Below are positions 61,401 to 64,000 of a stretch of DNA of 64,000 bases, piece after piece. The DNA lies in assembly GCA_036630325.1 (NCBI GenBank), contig CP142727.1, positions 124,001-188,000 of the forward strand, in the 5' to 3' direction. Numbering within the stretch: position 1 is the stretch's first letter; every line of letters starts with the position of its first letter. This DNA comes from Vairimorpha necatrix. Taxonomy: Eukaryota. The notes under the pieces were generated by a model, which made no database searches, had not been told where the DNA came from, and was given only the letters and a program-made list of their open reading frames with translations. A program made the position numbers and the translations under genes.

Positions 61401-62448
61401 CTAAAGCAAATGAAACAAACCTAGAAAATCGAAAACAATTTAAATATTGCTCAAAGTTCTTATTTTTTTTTGTCGTAAAAAAAAATTACTGTTTCTAAAT
61501 AAGATGTTAAAAGATTAAACACTATAATTTACATTTTTATTCTTACTAATGCCTACAATCTTATTTACATCCGAAGTCTTTTTCATATCAATAAATGGTT
61601 AGAAAAAAATCTAATCAGCTGTATTAACTACTTAAAAACATTAATTTTTATTTTTACAAAACAACTGAAGATATATACTATTAAACTATTTATTTTGACA
61701 TGCTACACTTACTAAGTGGTAGCGCATCCATTTTCGCACCCATTTGCACATGTGTAGTGGAATTGTCTCTCGGCGAGCTATATTAAAGCTTCATTAAAAC
61801 ATTTTTTCCATCTAAAAATTTTGACCGTCTAAAATATTTTTTAAATACATGTAAATCAAAAAAAAATGAAAACCGACGTCTTTTTTTATAGTTTATTAAA
61901 AGATTTCTGAGCGACAGCAAATAAAAAGAGTACAAACACATTTTATAATCATAATGACGATTTTATGCTGAATGATTGACATCCATGACATTTTTTCGCA
62001 TTAAGAACATAAACAAATTAAAAAGCGATAGACACGCTAAAATGTATAATTTTAGAGTTTAACTTGTAACCTTGGCAAATAATTTATGACAATTTCAAAA
62101 TTTTAATTTTTTGTAATAGATACGCGCTAATTGACCTAGAACCCTCATGGAAATGGCATGATTATGTCTTAATTTTTTAACTGTACAATGTCAAGTGTAG
62201 TCAATATACATCATTGCAAAAAACAACAACTTTATATAGTTTCTGTATTTAATGTTAGTGTTTATTACATAACACAACTTCAAATACGCCGAACAAATAG
62301 TAGGAAATAATCTTGTTAATGATTAAAACCCTTTTTTAAAATTTTACAATACACTAAATGAAAAATAATTGTGTCGTACTTCATGACATTAGTAATAGCT
62401 ACATCTATCAGCTTCATCAAAAATAAGAATTCTAAATTGACATCCTTG

Positions 62449-64000
62449 TGTAGGAATATATGTCAATGTCAAATATATAATCGAGTTGATATATTTGACA
62501 TCTGATCTTTTAAACAATTTTATAAAAATAAACCCATGTTTTGTTCCAACAATTTGGCGACAAGCGACAAAAATATTCTTCTCATCTTCAGAAATGAAGA
62601 GAAAGACGACCCACAACAGTTCATAGAGGACTTGATGGAAGTGGGCAGGTTGAATGAGTACAGCGAGGGTAAGATGTTACTTACATTCAAGATGTCTCTT
62701 AGGGAAGAAGCAAAAGATTGGATAATGGCCCAACCAGTAGGGCCAGACTTGGGTGAACTAATAGATAGATTCAGGGAGAGATTTGTCAGTAATATGATTC
62801 TGAAGATTAGTTTGGAAAAGCTTGCAGCATTGAAGTATACAGGTGGATCTATTCTGAACTATCTCGACAGAATGGGTGCCATAGCGAGGAAAGGAAATGT
62901 ACCAGAACAAGTCCTGGTAGCGTTTACATTGAATGGTCTGCCGAATAATCTAGCTAACATCGTGCTTATTAACAACAAAGAGGGCCTTACGTGGAAATAC
63001 ATCTATGATTCATTAAAGAATATTAAGGATACGAGAGAGACCGAGCGAAACCAGATAGCATTCTCATACTGTCAAGAAGTTAAGGTCGAAGCAATAAGAA
63101 ACAAAGTTAATAGTAAAAAATCAAGCTATTCAAAAATTAGATGTTTGATCTGTAGCGAGCAAGGACATGTGGTCTCTCAATGTCGTTTCAACAGTTTAAG
63201 GAAAAGCTCTAAGGTGAAAAAACAAGTTAGAGAGGTTAGTATACCACAAGGGAATGATGAGATAGATGTGGAAGAAGAGGACTTGAATAAATTTATTTTT
63301 AATTATAGGTTATTAAATAGCAGAAGTAATCGATCCACTGTTAAGTTGGCTACACTTGAGAACAATAAACGACCGTTTAAGGTATTATTAGATACAGGTG
63401 CAGAAGTTAATTTGATTAGGCCGGAACACCTTGAAGACAAAACGAGATTGACTAGAGATAATCTTCAATTACGGGCGGCCAACGGGTCACAGATAAGAAT
63501 CATAGGGAAAACGATGCTGAAAATAAAAATAGAAGGATACATATTTGAAGACGAATTTATTGTAACACGGGACATCACCATGCCGTGCATAGTAGGATGG
63601 ACATTATTGGACAAATATGAAGTTGACCTAAGATTTGGAAATGGAAAGGTCAACATGGAGTCGGGACAAATCCTTAAAGGAAATGCAATTGGATATCATA
63701 GGATTAACACGGGAGATAGTGAGCCAGTCATGGCTCAGCTATATAAATTAGGCGGAACGAAAGAAAAAGAGGCATCTAAAATAATAAAAGAATACCTTGA
63801 GCTGGGGGTGATACGGCCAAGTGAGAGTGCTTGGCGAAGTCCAGTGATTGTAGTACCAAAAAAAGATGGAGGATATAGATTGTGTATAGATTACAGGCGG
63901 CTTAATGATATTACGATTAAGGATGCATACCCCATGCCTAGAGTGGATGAGTTTATTGATGCACTAGAGGGTGCAAGTTATTTTACTAAGATGGATGCAG
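62449..64000 (+). mobile_element. Ty3/gypsy LTR retrotransposon 3, 5' part (runs off the window)
   Basis: Putative 5' LTR 62449-62551 with TGTAGGAA...TTCCAACA inverted ends. PBS TGGCGACAAGCGAC at 62555. The 3' LTR is outside the window, so the LTR start is unconfirmed. Confidence 0.8.
62536..64000 (+). CDS. Gag-protease-RT polyprotein, open to the window end (absent from the ORF track)
   Basis: Hand translation is open from CCC-ATG at 62536: MFCSNNLATSD.., capsid-like region, CLICSEQGHVVSQC knuckle, protease VLLDTGAEVNLI, RT SAWRSPVIVVPKKDGGYRLCIDYRRLN. Confidence 0.92.
   Translation, partial: MFCSNNLATSDKNILLIFRNEEKDDPQQFIEDLMEVGRLNEYSEGKMLLTFKMSLREEAKDWIMAQPVGPDLGELIDRFRERFVSNMILKISLEKLAALKYTGGSILNYLDRMGAIARKGNVPEQVLVAFTLNGLPNNLANIVLINNKEGLTWKYIYDSLKNIKDTRETERNQIAFSYCQEVKVEAIRNKVNSKKSSYSKIRCLICSEQGHVVSQCRFNSLRKSSKVKKQVREVSIPQGNDEIDVEEEDLNKFIFNYRLLNSRSNRSTVKLATLENNKRPFKVLLDTGAEVNLIRPEHLEDKTRLTRDNLQLRAANGSQIRIIGKTMLKIKIEGYIFEDEFIVTRDITMPCIVGWTLLDKYEVDLRFGNGKVNMESGQILKGNAIGYHRINTGDSEPVMAQLYKLGGTKEKEASKIIKEYLELGVIRPSESAWRSPVIVVPKKDGGYRLCIDYRRLNDITIKDAYPMPRVDEFIDALEGASYFTKMDA

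Noticed and set aside
1-64000. CRISPR arrays, rRNA genes, spliceosomal introns, alternative genetic code
   Set aside because: No repeat-spacer arrays or rRNA motifs were seen. Core genes translate uninterrupted in the standard code, and in-frame stops occur only in copies that also carry frameshifts.

Overview
Very AT-rich eukaryotic DNA with compact, intron-less genes. Most start codons have a CCC motif a few bases upstream, which points to a microsporidian genome (Nosema/Vairimorpha-like; inference). Two small core-gene islands are present: Lsg1 GTPase plus a Pho85-like CDK (5.9-8.1 kb), and Sec31, a small Scm3/HJURP-like ORF, a CBP80-like gene and RPS15 (45-50 kb). Around them lie two lineage-specific gene families: family A (5 intact ORFs, at least 3 pseudogenes) and family B (2 genes and 1 pseudogene, partly in a ~4.7 kb-offset duplication). 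The window also holds many transposons: three Ty3/gypsy elements, a Ginger-like integrase transposon, a MULE, two Merlins, a pogo-like derivative and several REL-endonuclease non-LTR remnants. Four observations stand out. (1) Two ~3.2 kb gypsy elements have 49-bp LTRs, a shortened Gag and no visible protease; one is intact with identical LTRs. (2) In all three gypsy elements the ORF starts at a host-type CCC...ATG inside the LTR and reads through the primer-binding site. (3) Both arms of the Ginger-like element carry a tRNA-like B-box followed by an oligo-T tract. (4) An 80-aa ORF is a candidate Scm3/HJURP CENP-A chaperone. All calls are by eye; no database searches were run.
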